In this document: positions 10,900 to 24,265 of the stretch, piece after piece
Numbering within the stretch: the stretch's first letter is position 1
How the letters are laid out: the number at the start of each line of letters is the position of its first letter
NCBI GenBank assembly: GCA_047967505.1
Contig: CM106538.1
Reading direction: 5' to 3' (one strand)
Origin: Dipteris shenzhenensis
Taxonomy: Eukaryota
Length of the DNA: 64,000 nt
Notes under the pieces: model-generated
Told to the model about the DNA's origin: nothing
Databases searched by the model: none
The model's input: the letters and a program-made list of their open reading frames with translations, nothing else
Made by a program: the position numbers and the translations under genes

Positions 10900-13438
10900 C
10901 ATAAATCATCCTAAGGGAGATGCGGAGAGAGATCCAGAGGTAGAGCTTCTAGAACCAAGGTGCCCAGTATCATAGAGGCTACTAATATCATGGAGCTTGT
11001 TGCTAAAGGGAAGGATCCTACCACCACAAGTGGTATGAAGGAGCAAGGGCATGAGGAAACCATTATAGCTAAGGATAGTTCCAAAGTGGAGGAGAAGCTT
11101 TCTAGTGAGGGACATGATCCACATACGGAGGGTCCATAGTAGCCCAGTGAGTAGCCTCACCCTAATGAGAGTAGCCTTCACAGCAACCCAATCCTGACAC
11201 TACAGCAAAAGAAATTCCCCAAGATACTAAAAGAATTCATGACAACACAAAGCCCCCCAATGATGATACCACATGTTCAACATCAATTCATTTCTCAATA
11301 AGTTTCTACAGGCCTTCTTGGATGACTTGTGCATCCATTCCGACCACCTACAATGCCTTGAAGTAGTTCCAATAAAATATAGGGAGTATGGAATCTCCCT
11401 AAATCCAAAAAAATGCCAGCTCATGGTCATCCATGGAGACTTCATCTCTCAACATGGAATTATAACTTCCATGGAAAAAATCAAAATCATCATGGAAGTA
11501 CGACCTCTGCAAAATTAAAAAGGAGTTCAAATCTTCATGGGATATGCTGGGCTACTATAAAAGATTCATCTTGCGGTATGCCATGATGTTGTTGGTGGAA
11601 TTATTTTGGATGGAGGAGTGTGACCAAACCATTGACTTGTAAATTGGCACCTAGTCACCGCATTGACCCTAATAGCTCCCAATTGGGATATTTGTTTTCA
11701 TTCCCACACTAATGGATCCAAGTGTGCAATCGGGAGCATACTTTTCCAACCTGTGATCACAAGAAAGATTACCTGATTTAATTTGCTAGTTAACAACTTA
11801 AATGATGCCATAAATCAACTACACAACCACAAAAAGAGAAACACTAGCAATGGTTTGTAGTGTCAAGAATTTTTGACACTATGTATTGGCAAATGATTTT
11901 GTATTCCACACCAACCATCAAGCACTGCTTGTGCTAACAAATCCTAGGTATCATGTGCATTCAAGGGGTATTTTAAAAACCTTTCAACTAAAATTTTTTC
12001 CCCAATAAAACCACCCCTCTTTACTTATGAGCTAATGGTATTTTTTATAAAGTTCAATTTAAAAACACCTCATGTTATTGTAATCTTTTAAAAATTTTCC
12101 CAAAAGTGGGATCGAAATACCCCTCCTTTTGAATGCACATGGTACACTAAATTTTTTGGAGGTGAACCCCTCGAGGCACTGCTATATCTTGTGAAATGTC
12201 CATGTATGACAAAAAGAATAACTAGATGGCTTCAAGAATTCAACTTCAAAATAGTGGTCCACAAAGGTGTTGAACACTACATTGCCGATCACTTATGTCA
12301 GATCTAGAGAAGAACCCACTCGAGTTGAAGATGACTTGTCTGAAGCCACATTGTTCCAAATCGAGGATGTCACAAATTTGTGTAATGATATTGTTGAATA
12401 CTTAATGACAAGAATACCCCACTAGAGTTGTGGCTGATGGAAGCCCAAAAACTGATCATCAAAGCTACATTATATCAACTCATAATAGGCCAACTATACA
12501 AAATAGGTACATCTCAACTCTTGTGTAGATGCATCATGCCCAAAAACTCATCATCAAAGCTACACCATATCAACTCATATCAAGCCAACTATACAAAATA
12601 GGTACAAATAAGCTCTTGTGTAGATGCATCATGCCACATAAAATCTTGCTCTCGTCAACCATGAAGTGCATGAAGGAATTGTAGGAGGACACTTTGCTAG
12701 AGAAGCCACTGCTCAAAAAATTATTTTAAAGCTGGCTACTATTCATGGCCCACATTGTGGCAAGATGCCTTTGAGTTCATCAAAAATTGTGATGATGCCA
12801 AAAAACTACCAAACCCCAACACAAATACTTCAATCCCCTAACCATAGTGATGGCACAACAACCCTTTGAAAAATGGGAAATTGACTTTTTACGACCCATA
12901 CATCCTACTGCTAAAGGAACATAGGCTCGGTACATAATTATAGTAACTTATTATTTCACTAAATGGGCTGAGGCAAAAGTAGCATACAAAGTTGTGCCAG
13001 AAGTACTACTAGGTTATTTTATGAGAACATGATTTTACGATATTGCTACCCCTTAGAAATAGTCTCTACCCGAGGCACATACTTTGTCAATTAAGTGATT
13101 CAAGAACCCTCATGATTCATGTTTGTACACCAAAAGAGCACTCTCTACTATCTCTATGGCAATGGACAAGTAGAATCCACCAATAAAACTCTATACATTA
13201 TTCTCACAAAACTAAACTCTACCTTATGGTCCTATTGAATAACTTTTTACGTCAGTGCAACCTTTTGCACCATCCAACTAGTGTATGGTTTTGAGGAAGT
13301 AGTCCCATTAGAACTCATCATCCCCAGTCTACAAGAGGTAGTACAAGAGCGCCTTGGTGAAAAGAATCCCTTGAAGCACAACCACTCCACTTGAGAAGCA
13401 TACTAAAACAAGATTAAGAGCCTACAATGCAATGATAG
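10900..13438 (+). mobile_element. Old degenerate Ty3/Gypsy internal region (partial RT, RNase H, integrase N/core), left part
   Basis: FLNKFLQAFLDDLCIHS and YREYGISLNPKKC (RT), NHQALLYLV (RNase H), HEGIVGGHFAREATAQKI and PFEKWEIDF (integrase). Many stops, frameshifts and deletions; ~94-bp internal tandem duplication at ~12448-12635. Confidence 0.85.
11947..12146. mobile_element. MITE-like insertion (~200 bp) in the old Gypsy RNase H region
   Basis: Left end GGTATCATGTGCATTCAAGGGGTATTT matches the reverse complement of the right end (TGTACCATGTGCATTCAAAAGGAGGGGTATTT). CTA flanks both sides; AT-rich non-coding interior. Confidence 0.7.
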
Positions 13439-14763
13439 TGTTAACCCTGTGGTAACAAGGGCCAAAAGTGCAGTCAAGGACAACAACTATGAGAGCATTG
13501 TGTGTGTAGAGTAGCGGCAAAGCTCCGCAAGGATGAGGATAGCCAAAATCTTCTCTAGAAAAGATCCAATCATACTTGTAAAATCAGGATCTAGAGAGAG
13601 AAAGACTAAATCTAGAGTGAGAATGACTAAAAGCCTACACTTTCGGAGGTCCCCCCACTTTGTGTAGAGACCCAAAAAGTCCCTCCACTTTGTGTAGAGA
13701 TCCAAAAGGTACCCCTACTTTGTGTAGAGACCCAAAAGGTCCCCCCACTTTGTGTAGGGACCCAAAAAGTCCCTCCACTTTGTGTAGAGATCCAAAAGGT
13801 CCCCCCACTTTGTGTAGAGATCCAAAAAGTCCCCCCACTTTGTGTAGAGACCCAAAAGGTCCCCCCCAAAACTGGAGGGACTCCTGTCCAAAAGGTCTCC
13901 TACAAAAAAGGTCCCACCACAGAGGTACCTATAGATTGTGTAGAGACCAACATGTATAAATATCTCTCAATGGAATGAAGCTCCCACTCTTTGGGGTTCA
14001 ATGTTCAAGCTCACTATTGTGTTCATGTGATTGATCTCCATTGCATCCATGCTCTCTTACACTATCGTGTTCTAGCATGCCCTTACCCTTGAACTCCCTC
14101 CTCCTCCTCCTTTCTCCCTCTTCCTCCCTCCTCCTCCTCCTCCCCCCTCATCCTTCTCCTCCATCTCCTCCTCCTCCCTCCTCCTCCTCCTCCTTCCTCC
14201 TCCTCCTCCCATCTCCTTCTCCTTCCTCCTCCTTCCTCCCTCCTCCTCCTCCTCCTTCCTCCTCCTCCTCCCATCTCCTTCTCCTTCCTCCTCCTTCCTC
14301 CTTTTTCCTCCTCCTCCTCCCTTCTCCTCCCTCCTCCTCCTCCCTTCTCCTCCTTCTCCCTCCTCCTTCTCCTCCTCCCTCCCTCCTCCTCAACCCCTAC
14401 TCCTCAAATCCGCAAAGGAGACTAGCTCTCCACACCTCAACCTTGGACTCCTCCTAAACCTTGCAACCCCCTCTGAACCCTAAAACTCCTACGTAACTCT
14501 CTCAACCCTGTCCCCCTTTCTAACCCTGAAATCCCCTTCTAAACCCTTGAACTCCTGTGGAGGTGAAAGCCTCCATCAATCATTATAATCATCCCCCTTT
14601 CTCATTCACATGTGCATGAGACCTGTTTAGCCTACACCTCTCACTGTAACACGACCCGAGGACCTATGCTACACTTGTGAACTCCTATGCTACAACAAGC
14701 AACGACACAACTATAGGTGACCAACACCCTCGGAACCTGCATTTGGGTAAAATAAAGATAACA
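13439..14763 (+). repeat. 5' LTR (1325 bp) with seven copies of a 30-bp tandem repeat (13647-13856) and a CCT-rich tract
   Basis: Starts TGTTAACCCTGTGG, ends GATAACA, colinear with 24266-25471. Repeat unit AGGTCCCCCCACTTTGTGTAGAGACCCAAA. Confidence 0.95.
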
Positions 14764-14765
14764 TT

Positions 14766-14783
14766 TAGCATTGTTATCGGGGA
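14766..14783 (+). promoter_or_regulatory. Decayed primer-binding site, tRNA-Asp type
   Basis: TAGCATTGTTATCGGGGA differs from the Athila-type PBS TGGCGCCGTTGCCGGGGA only by G>A and C>T transitions; it lies 2 bp after the LTR. Confidence 0.75.
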
Positions 14784-15099
14784 GGTTAGCGCTTGAAGTG
14801 AAACCGGAGCACGTGCTTACATGTGTGAAAAAAGAAACCCCTGCGAAAGACCATACAAGATACATCCCTCAAGGCAAAGGATTGAAAAAATGCTTCCAAA
14901 TGATGCAAAAGGATAATGTTGACTTACAAAATCACGTTAATACACTAAACACCCAAAATTAACCCTTAATCCCCCACATCCTATAAAAGCAACACTAACC
15001 CCCCTCATTTCTTTCCCCACACTTTTGCTAGCCACTTCCTTCTCCAAATTCCGTTAAGCCTTCATAATTTTCGTCTTTCTCCATTTTCTGTCCTCCAAT

Positions 15100-16184
15100 T
15101 TTTGTCCACCATTTCCACCACGACACCACAACTTTTTCTGTCAATCCCCCCTCCACCACCACTTTTTCTGTCACCCCCCCCTTCCATCTCCATCTCCATC
15201 TCCACCTCCCATCATCTTCCTTCCCACCACCTCCACTTTTTCCGTCCATCCCCCACTCAAGGTAACCATCCTTTCCCCTCCACCATCTCTCTACCTCTCT
15301 CTACTCCTCCACCACCCCCCGTCTCCTCCACTCCCCATCTCCATCACCCTCGACTCCACCATCCCTCTGCCTCTCTCTATCTCCCACTCCCTCCACTCCA
15401 CCATCTCTCTACCTCTCTCTATCCCCCACCTCCTCCACCCCCATCTCCATCACCCTCCACTCCACCATCTCTCTACCTCTCTCTACACCCCATCTCTTCT
15501 TTTTCTCCTCCACCCCCCATTTCCTTCCCTCTCCCCACTCCCCATCTCCACCATCTCTCTGCCTCTCTCTACATCCCATCTCCCCTTTTCCTGCTCCACC
15601 TCCACCACCAACCCCCTTTTCCCTTCCCCCCCATCTCCATCTCCACCTCCACCCCCTATTCCCTTCCCCCCCTCCACCCCCGTTCCCCCTTTCCCCTCCA
15701 TCTCCACCACCACTCCCCCTTTTCCCCTCCCCACCACCCCCCATCTTTTTTCCCCCTACACCTCCACCCTTCCTCCCTCTCCACCCCCACCATCTTTCTA
15801 TCTCTCTCTAAAAACCCCCATCACCCTCCACTCCACCATCTTTGTACCTCTCTCACATTCCCATCTTCCCTTTCTCCCACCTTCACCTCCACCCCACCTC
15901 CCCCTCCCTCTCTTCCTCCAGCCCCTATCCACCTCCACCCCCCTCCCTTCTCTTTCCTCCACCCCCCTTTCTTCTCTCTCTTTCCCCCCCTCTTCTCTCT
16001 TTCTCTCTCCTCTTTCCCCCCTCTCCCCTCTCTCTCTCTCTCCCCCCTTTCTTCTCTCTCTTCCCCCCTCTCTGCTCTCTTTCTCTCTCTCTCTCTCTTT
16101 CTCTCTCTCCTCTTTCCCCCCCTCTCCCCTCTCTCTCTCTTCCCCCCTTTTCTTCTCTCTCTTTTCCCCCCTCTTCTCTCTCTC

Positions 16185-16219
<35 letters not shown>

Positions 16220-16346
16220 TCCTCGACCTCCCCTCCCCCCCTCTCCCCTCTCTCTCTCTCTCTCTCCCCCCTTTCTTCTCTCTCTTCCCCCCCTCACTTC
16301 TCTCTTTCTCTCTCTCTCTTTCTCTCTCTCCTCTTTCCCCCCCTCT

Positions 16347-16418
<72 letters not shown>

Positions 16419-16450
16419 TTGATCGCCCCTTCCCCCCCTCTCCCTATCTA
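15100..16450. repeat. C/T-rich low-complexity tract and (CT)n microsatellites in the Gypsy 5' leader
   Basis: Directly visible. It explains the Pro/Ser/Leu and Arg/Glu/Gly ORFs. Confidence 0.9.
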
Positions 16451-17866
16451 TGAGGCTATAAGGCCTTGACGGCTTAGCCCACGGGTAGCTAGCCCGCAGG
16501 CGCGACGCCCACATAGATGCGGCGGCGACACCTGTCCACCAACCATAGTAGCGATGCCAATAGCGTGGCGACGCTCGCCAATAGAGGTGGTGCCCGCCTG
16601 TCGCCCAGCCACCCACTCTACCAAGGGCCTTAAGCTCTCCTCCATAATCCTTCCCCCCCACCCGGCCCTTTCGTAACCCCTCCCCCTCCAAAACCACCCC
16701 CTTTCCCCCCCCAAACAAACCTCAGCCACTGCCGCTACCGCCCCCTCCCTGTCAAGCTGAAAAAAACAAAACCACCCTAATCTTAACCATAGTTTAACCT
16801 AGGGTTAAGAAAAACTACGTAAATTTGGTTAAGTATGATAGGTTAGGTTTGACTAACTAGCTAGGGTAGGTTAGGCTAAACTTGAGTCAGCTAACCTTAA
16901 GTTAGTTGAATCCCTGTTTGGTTAGTCTAGACTCAAATTAGTTAGGGTAACTAATTGTAGTTAGAGAATTAACTTTAGTTTTTTTACCCATCAAACTGAC
17001 TCCGTTGCACTAACTCTAGCAATTCCCCCAACTCAGTTGGGGTTAGTCCACCTAAGGCACCTTCACACATAGACTTAAAGTCTAAATACCATTCACACCA
17101 GACTTTGGACCAAGGGGCACCCCCCCCCCTCCCAAGTTAAAAGACACCACATTTCACCCCAATTTAACCCTTCATATCTTGCCCGTTTGGGACTCGAATT
17201 AGACCCATATTGAACCACAAATTCACTGACGAAACCATTGAGCTATGGTAACTTTTTCCAACCAATCCCACACAATTTAGGCATCCATAACACTCATGAA
17301 TTTTCACTTTTCACCCCTATGTGGGCCCCTTTTTCGCACTAATTTGCTCATAAGATTCCTTCAAGAGCTCCGATTGACAATCTGTCTGCACCGGCACATT
17401 TTCCCACTCATGTGGAATAATCCTAGGCATGTTTTTAACATGACAGTCCCTACAACACTAACGCATCTCTAACTCCCCTAACAATTTTGACTCCTTTTTT
17501 GGGAGCCCATATCACGATCGTTTAAAGACCAAATTGCACCCGGATTGAACCCAGATTTCATGCATGTAAAAAACTATTGTAAATGAAGTTTTTCAAAGTG
17601 TTTAGCCATCAATTTTGGGCTCCGGTAGTCACCTCACGTAGGCACTGATTTTGACCCACCACTTGCTTATTTTTTACCATTTTCGGGTCCATGAAGGTCG
17701 AAATCATAATCGGGCTTCGCAGTCATATGCACCCATCTGAAAGTCACAAATAGGACTTGTTTATGCACCTGAGATCAAGAAAAGACTAGAACCTGCCTAC
17801 TTCTAGGATCTTTCTTCAGCCCTCGCCGCTCTTCAAGAATTCAACCTCTCACCATCGATAAGCAGC

Positions 17867-20800
17867 ATGGAGGACATAACAATTGAAGAAGCAATAAGTA
17901 TAGCGATGATCAAAGTCCTTCAGAACAACGCAACTGCAACAAAAACAACAATGGCAAACAACACTTTGGTAAATTGGAAATGCCAAAGTACAATGGATGA
18001 GGGGACCCTGCTAGGTTCCTTCAACTCTTCGACACAGCATGTTGTGCAGGAGGTGACCAATCAAATGAAACCAAAGCCACCTAGTTCCCAATGGCTCTAA
18101 CCGATGAGGCTTCGGAATGGTACCTCAACCTTCTCATAAAGGAGAGAGCCACATGGGCACTGCTATCTGACCAGTACAGAAGAAGATTCCAAATAGAAAG
18201 GCTGTAAGATGACCTCGCATTACAACTCAGCAATATAGATATGCACAAGAAAGAAAAGGTCAGAACATACCTGGCAAGAATGAAAAGATTAATAGCAAAA
18301 TATGATCCCCGTCAGGACAACAAGTACCTCATAGCATGGTTCATCTCTGGCCTGAAAAAATCCATTCACAAGGATATGAGAAAAGTTACCATAGCTATGC
18401 ACATTTCAGCGACGCCCATGAAGCTGCAATTGACATTGAGGATGGCATGACCGATTCTGACAGCGACAATGATGGCTATAAATCAAGTCATCACGATAAG
18501 AAATCTTCAAAGAAGGGAAGCACTTCCCACAAAGATCGCACCGCCGAATACAGAGTGGAAGCCATGGCCCTAAGAGTAAAAGAAGAAATGATGCAGGCCA
18601 TCGAGCAAAAGTTGCATGTCTCTCAGCCACCACAGTACCCACAAAGAGAAAATATTTGGTGCGCACATTGTATGGCCAACCATACAGCCAATGAATGCCC
18701 AATCTTGAGGAACATACTCAACCCACCAGAAGTTGCTCAGCCCCCACGCTTATTGTGCCCCATTTGCAATGCTGTAGGGCATGATGTAAATACTTGCTTC
18801 TACGATATGAGGTTAGCACACCCCGGACCAAACAATACCAATAGCCGTCGCAAATCCCAGTGTACATATAACTAAGACTAGCACCTAATGCATAAGTGCC
18901 ACATCTCAACCCACTCCCAGTGAGAACACAAGTGCCTCAACTAATGAGGAATCTGAATCCTCTGCAATATCCATGGGCTCCCAATCTTGCTCTAGTAGTT
19001 TCGGTGCAACAACTCCAAACTGAACAGCTAGAACCTCACTATGAGTATGAAATAGAATACCCTATGTACTACATGGATGATGTCGAAGGACTAATCCCGG
19101 TGTATGCTAATTAAGTAAGGCCCACCACATATCGAACACCCATCAAGTGTTTTGGTTGTGGAGAAAACTACCGCATAGCAAAATGCCCACACAAGGGTAA
19201 CCCCATTTCATTCCAACTTGTGTGCAGGGAATGCGGAGTTGGGCATGCTTGCATGGATTGCCCACTAAGAACAAAGCCTCAGCCAACCACGGAAGTAAAA
19301 GCTGAAGTACCCCTGGGGATGATAAGTGTGGAAAATCACAATGTGGCATCACAGCCAGTCTTGATCGTAACAAGACAACAAAAAGAAGCGGCATGGCAAA
19401 AACTCCTTTCCACTCAAAAGCAAAGGGCCCTTTGGCAAAACAAGCCATGCCAATCCCACAACAAAGTGAGATCATGCCTAGCACATCCACGAAAAGTGCC
19501 ACCCAAGGAGCCAAGGAAGCATATCCCAATCCTAAAACTGAAAAGACGTGCTACCAAGCCTTGAAGCAACGGGTTTAACAAGAACAATAAAAATTTAAGG
19601 CAGACAGAATGGCAGTAGTAGAGGTCAGAGCACCATCAGCACCTAGCATTGACACAATGATTGATCCCAACAACTTCCAAGAGGTAATAGAGCAACATGC
19701 AAAACATCCCCAATTGGATGGCACCGCACTAGCAAGCTTGATAAGCTGCCTAATCACGATGCCAATTGGGACCTTACTAAGAAATTGCCCTATAATGTGG
19801 GAAAGTTTCAAGGGATGGATCGAATCTTCACAATACTTCCCCCACCTGAAGAAGAGGAAAAGGTAATTTCGGTAAAATTCGATGCTCAGGATGACATAAA
19901 AAATGTAACCATCCCACTGGAGCATAAAGCCTTTGGTCAATACCTGGTAATAGTGGGCAGTGGAGCCGGAGTAAACATTCTGGCAAGAGAGCTATATGAA
20001 GAATGGGGCCTACCTCTGCCTAGCTGACCACACCAAAATGAAGCCATTGGGTATCATTGACAATGTGTTAACAAAAATTGATGGAGTAAGATTCACAGTC
20101 CAGTTTACTATCTTGGATCTTCCCAAGGGTGCCACAGCATACCAAATATTGTTGGGAAGACCATGGCTTCGGAAAGCATCAGTACTCCATTATTGGGGCA
20201 CCGATAGGATCACTACCCAAAATAGAGAAACCACTATCAAGATAAATTTGGGAACAGGGAAAATCAAACCCACTTTTCCTAGAAATGTTGAAGACACTTT
20301 TTCCACTACAGCCACCAGTCATGCATCCCCTGAACCTACCAATGCACAAAAGCCCATAGAAGGGGATACACAAAGTGACATCAACAATTGGATACAGTTG
20401 TTGGCTACAATAGATAATTGTAAAACAACACATCTAATGCTGCCAGATGTGGATGTCCAAATGATACAACTAGAAGCACCAATCTGGGATGAATCAGAAG
20501 TAGTGGAAATGCTCTATCTTGGACAGTGACCCTGAAGAGTCCATAATAGAAGGCTACAGTGCCGACATAGAGTGGGATCTGAAAACAGAAGCTGATAATG
20601 CATCCTTGGAAGGCCAAGTATTTGACAATGACTTGGCAATCCTATAGGCATTCATGGCAATTGAATTCCCCAAGATCGACCCTCCATCACAATCCAAAAG
20701 CAACCAGTCCAGGAAAAAGAAGGAGGGTGTACAGTGCCATAAGGCCAATATAGAGCATTTCAATGAATTCGAAAGAATGCAGACAAGAGTGGTAGAATTG

Positions 20801-23531
20801 TACTTGACTAAGCCCACAAAAGCACCTAAGTCCCCAAATTTTAAATGGGATCCTAAAGGGCTTGAAGGTCTTTGTATGGCCAAAGAACCACTCCTTGGGA
20901 GTGCAACTCCTATTGAAAATCCATCACTGGTCTCACAAAGGCAAAAGCTTAGAAAGTTCAAACCCAATGTGAGAATGACGAGTGAAAAGGTGAATAGTAA
21001 CAAAAAAGAAGAACAAGGGAACACAAGTGAATTGGACCAAACATATTCTAGTGGAGCTAGCAGCAACCAAGCAAGCACCTCAAAGTGCCATGAAGGCCTA
21101 AGGGAAGTTCCCGATTACTTCAAAAGCTACACTAGAGGAGACGCAACAATAGCAATGCCTAGGCCATTCAGGGAATCAAAGCTCAAAGAAACAGAGAATA
21201 TTGAGGATACCCCAGTTCATAAAGGACCATCCAAGACAAGGAAACTGAATCTTGCCTTGGACGGTGAAGAAGAAAAGCCTATGTACATTGGTGAATAGCT
21301 CACTCTAGAAGAAGAAAATAGCATTGCTAATGGAATATAGAGATTACATGGCTTGGTCCTACAAATAAATGAAAGGGATTTCCCCAGAAGTTGTAGTACA
21401 TATCATACCAATAAGGGAAGGATCCAAACCAAAGGTATGTGGACCTTACAAGACAAATCCCAAGTATGGCACTTGTCTATAAAGAACTAGAGAAACTACT
21501 GGAGGCTAGTTTCATTTATGAGATCAAGCATACCGATTGGGTGTCACCAATTGTGATTGTTCCTAAGAAAAATAAGAAGCTCAGAATATGTGTGAATCTC
21601 AAGAACATCAATGCAGCAACAATCAGAGATCATTATCCCCTACCATTGACTGAAACAGTTTTAGAAAGGGTAGCAGGATTTGAAGTGTATAGCTTCTTGG
21701 ATGGGTTCAGCGGGTACAACCAAGTACAAATTGCACCTCAAGATCAGGCAAAGATAGCATTTGCCATAGAATGGGGCATTTTTGCATACAGAGTCATGCC
21801 ATTTGGCTTATGCAATGCCCCATCTACTTTTCAAAGGGTAATGTACACCACTTTCAAGGAATTTCTCAACAAGTTCCTACAAGTCTTCCTCGACAAGTTA
21901 TGCATACACTCAGGAAAAAAGGATCACTTGAAATTCCTTGAAGAAGTGCTTAAAAAATGCAGGGAGTATGGAATATCTTTGAATCCTCTAAAATGCCAAT
22001 TCTTGGTCACACATGGAGTAGTCTTGGGACACATAGTCTCTCGACATGGGATTGCAACTAACATGGAAAAAATAAAGATCATGGAACTCCCCCCCCCCCC
22101 CCCGCTAAATGCCAAGGGAATTCAAGTCTTCATGGGACATGCTGGATACTATAGAAGATTCATACTAAGGTATGCCATGATTGCAAGGCCCCTATACAGG
22201 CTCCTAGTCAACTTCATTTGGACAGACAAATGCGAACAAGCATTCGAAACCCTCAAGTGGAGATTGATCATAGCCTTGTTCTAATAGCACCAAATTGGGA
22301 CATAGACTTTCATGTACATACTGATGGTTCTAATTATGCAGTAGGGAGTGTGTTATGTCAACCTAGTAAAACACAACAAACCCTACCCATTATACTTTGC
22401 AAGTAGATCGCTAAATAGTGTGGAGGTAAATTACACCACAACAAAAAGAGAAGCCTTGGCAATGATCTACAATGTGAAGAAATTTCGACACTATCTATTG
22501 GCTACTGATTTTATCTTCTACACAAATCATCAAGCCTTATTATATCTTGTGAATCGGCCACGTACCATAGGCTAAATCACTCAATGGCTTCTACTGCTAC
22601 AAGAATTCAGTTTCAAAATCGTGGTAAGAAAAGGAACTCAACATTTCATTGCCAATCACATGTCACAATTGAGGACAGGAGAAGAACCGAAAGGAATAGA
22701 AGATGACCTACCAGATGCCCCATTATTTCAAATTGGTGTGCAGACATCATTGGGTATTGAATGGCAGGAAGACCACATCCTAAAATGAAAGCAATGGATG
22801 CTAGGAAACTAATTCTAAAAGCTGCACCCTATCAACTCATTGCAGGAAAACTATACAAGATGGGCAAGGACCAGGTTTTAAGGAGATGTGTGATGCCACA
22901 TGATATCAAGCCAATCCTCAGTGAAGCACATGAAGGCATTGCAAGTGGATATTTCCAAGGGGAAGCAATAGCAAGAAAAGTCCTTCTCACAGGATACTAG
23001 TGGCCAACACTTTGGTCAGCAAATGCCTATGAATATGTCAAAAGTTGTGATGTATGCCAACAAACTTCTAAACCACAACACAAAGAATTCAATCCCCTAA
23101 CAACCATCATTGCACAAAAACCCTTTGAAAAATGGGGGATTGATTTTGTGGGTCCCATCCATCCAATAGCAAAAGGAACACAGGCACGCTACATCATTGC
23201 AGCCACAGATTACTTTACTAAGTGGGATGAAGCTAAAGCCGTTAGAAAGGTAGATGCCAAAAGGACAGCAAGGTTCTTGTACGATGAGAATGTGATCACC
23301 CGATTTGGATGTCCCATTGAAATTGTGTTAGATAGAGGTACACATTTTGTCAATGAGGTCATCCAAGAACTCTTGTCTGGCTTTATGGTGATCCATAGAA
23401 AGAGCACACCTTACTACCCCCATGGGAATGGACAAGCCGAATCCACCAACAAAATTCTATGTATTGTCCTCACCAAGGTAGTAGAACCAAAGCATTCTAA
23501 TTGGGCAGAGAAACTAAATGCAACCTTATGG
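17867..23531 (+). pseudogene. Gypsy gag-pol (gag with CCHC knuckles, aspartic protease, RT, RNase H, integrase truncated in the core)
   Basis: CAHCMANHTANEC and CPICNAVGHDVNTC (gag); IVGSGAGVNIL and ILLGRPWL (protease); WVSPIVIVPKK, FLDGFSGYNQV and VMPFGLCNAPSTFQR (RT); FHVHTDGS (RNase H); DYFTKW, DRGTHF and GNGQAESTNK (integrase). Integrase similarity stops abruptly near 23531. Confidence 0.92.
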
Positions 23532-23535
23532 GTGA

Positions 23536-24265
23536 GGATGGGAACTCTCAGGAATTTCAATGAGTATCCGCTAAGCACAAATCACTCCAAACATCAGCAT
23601 GAAATTGGAGCCATAGCCTGCTTGGCATAGACCAAAGCTGCTCAATGAAAAGTACCTCCTTGAATACATGCAATCTCCATCTTCCTTTCGCATGCATCCC
23701 ACATTTGATGCAGTGCTGCGTTGCGACTGGTGGGATGCCAATCATCATGATCCAGATAATGCAAATGCTCCTCACAATTGGCCGTTAATCAATGGAAACC
23801 CTAAAATGAAATGGACAAGCTAGGAAACACTCATCAGAGCCTTGGACAGACACCATCAATTATGCAAAGCAGTTATGACAAAACACTCAAGAAAAGTGCA
23901 AGATACATTGAAGCCTTAGCAGTCAAAGGTGTCCCTCACCATTGACGACCATTTGCCCAACCTCAGCTTCAATCCAAATCAACAGATAGATGCTCAAACA
24001 ATAAGGCGCCTCTTTTAAAGGGCCATATCTCTTCAAGGGCATTATGTGTGTTTGTTTGAAGAAATGATTGACACTGGCTTCGTAAAAACTGAGCAAGCAA
24101 TCTACAATGTTCGTGGATTACAAGGAAAAGATCGACAAGAAGCTCACTCCATCTATCACTGCCACCATCTTTACCATACTCATTGGGTAAAGAAAACCGC
24201 ATCACAACATTGTCGCAGACCCAACCATAACCCGAGGATGGGTAATCAAGTCGGTCTAGGGGAGT
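23536..24265 (+). pseudogene. Remnant of an extra sense-strand ORF between integrase and the 3' LTR
   Basis: One frame (same as ORF 24046-24336) runs ~240 codons with about five TAA/TAG stops and no evident frameshift, e.g. KLLNEKYLLEYMQSPSSFRMHPTFDAVLRCDWWDANHH. No recognisable domain. Confidence 0.45.

Noticed and set aside
10820-10910. Candidate final exon of the RAG1/Transib-like gene after a TTGCAG acceptor
   Set aside because: No frame yields the expected H-x4-H...E motif.
13647-13856. Regular 30-bp array resembling a CRISPR or a repeat protein
   Set aside because: Units are contiguous with no unique spacers, lie inside an LTR, and the context is eukaryotic.
15102-16718. 455-aa Pro-rich (extensin-like) and 306-aa Arg/Glu ORFs
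   Set aside because: Derived from C/T microsatellite sequence in the retroelement leader; open in several frames.
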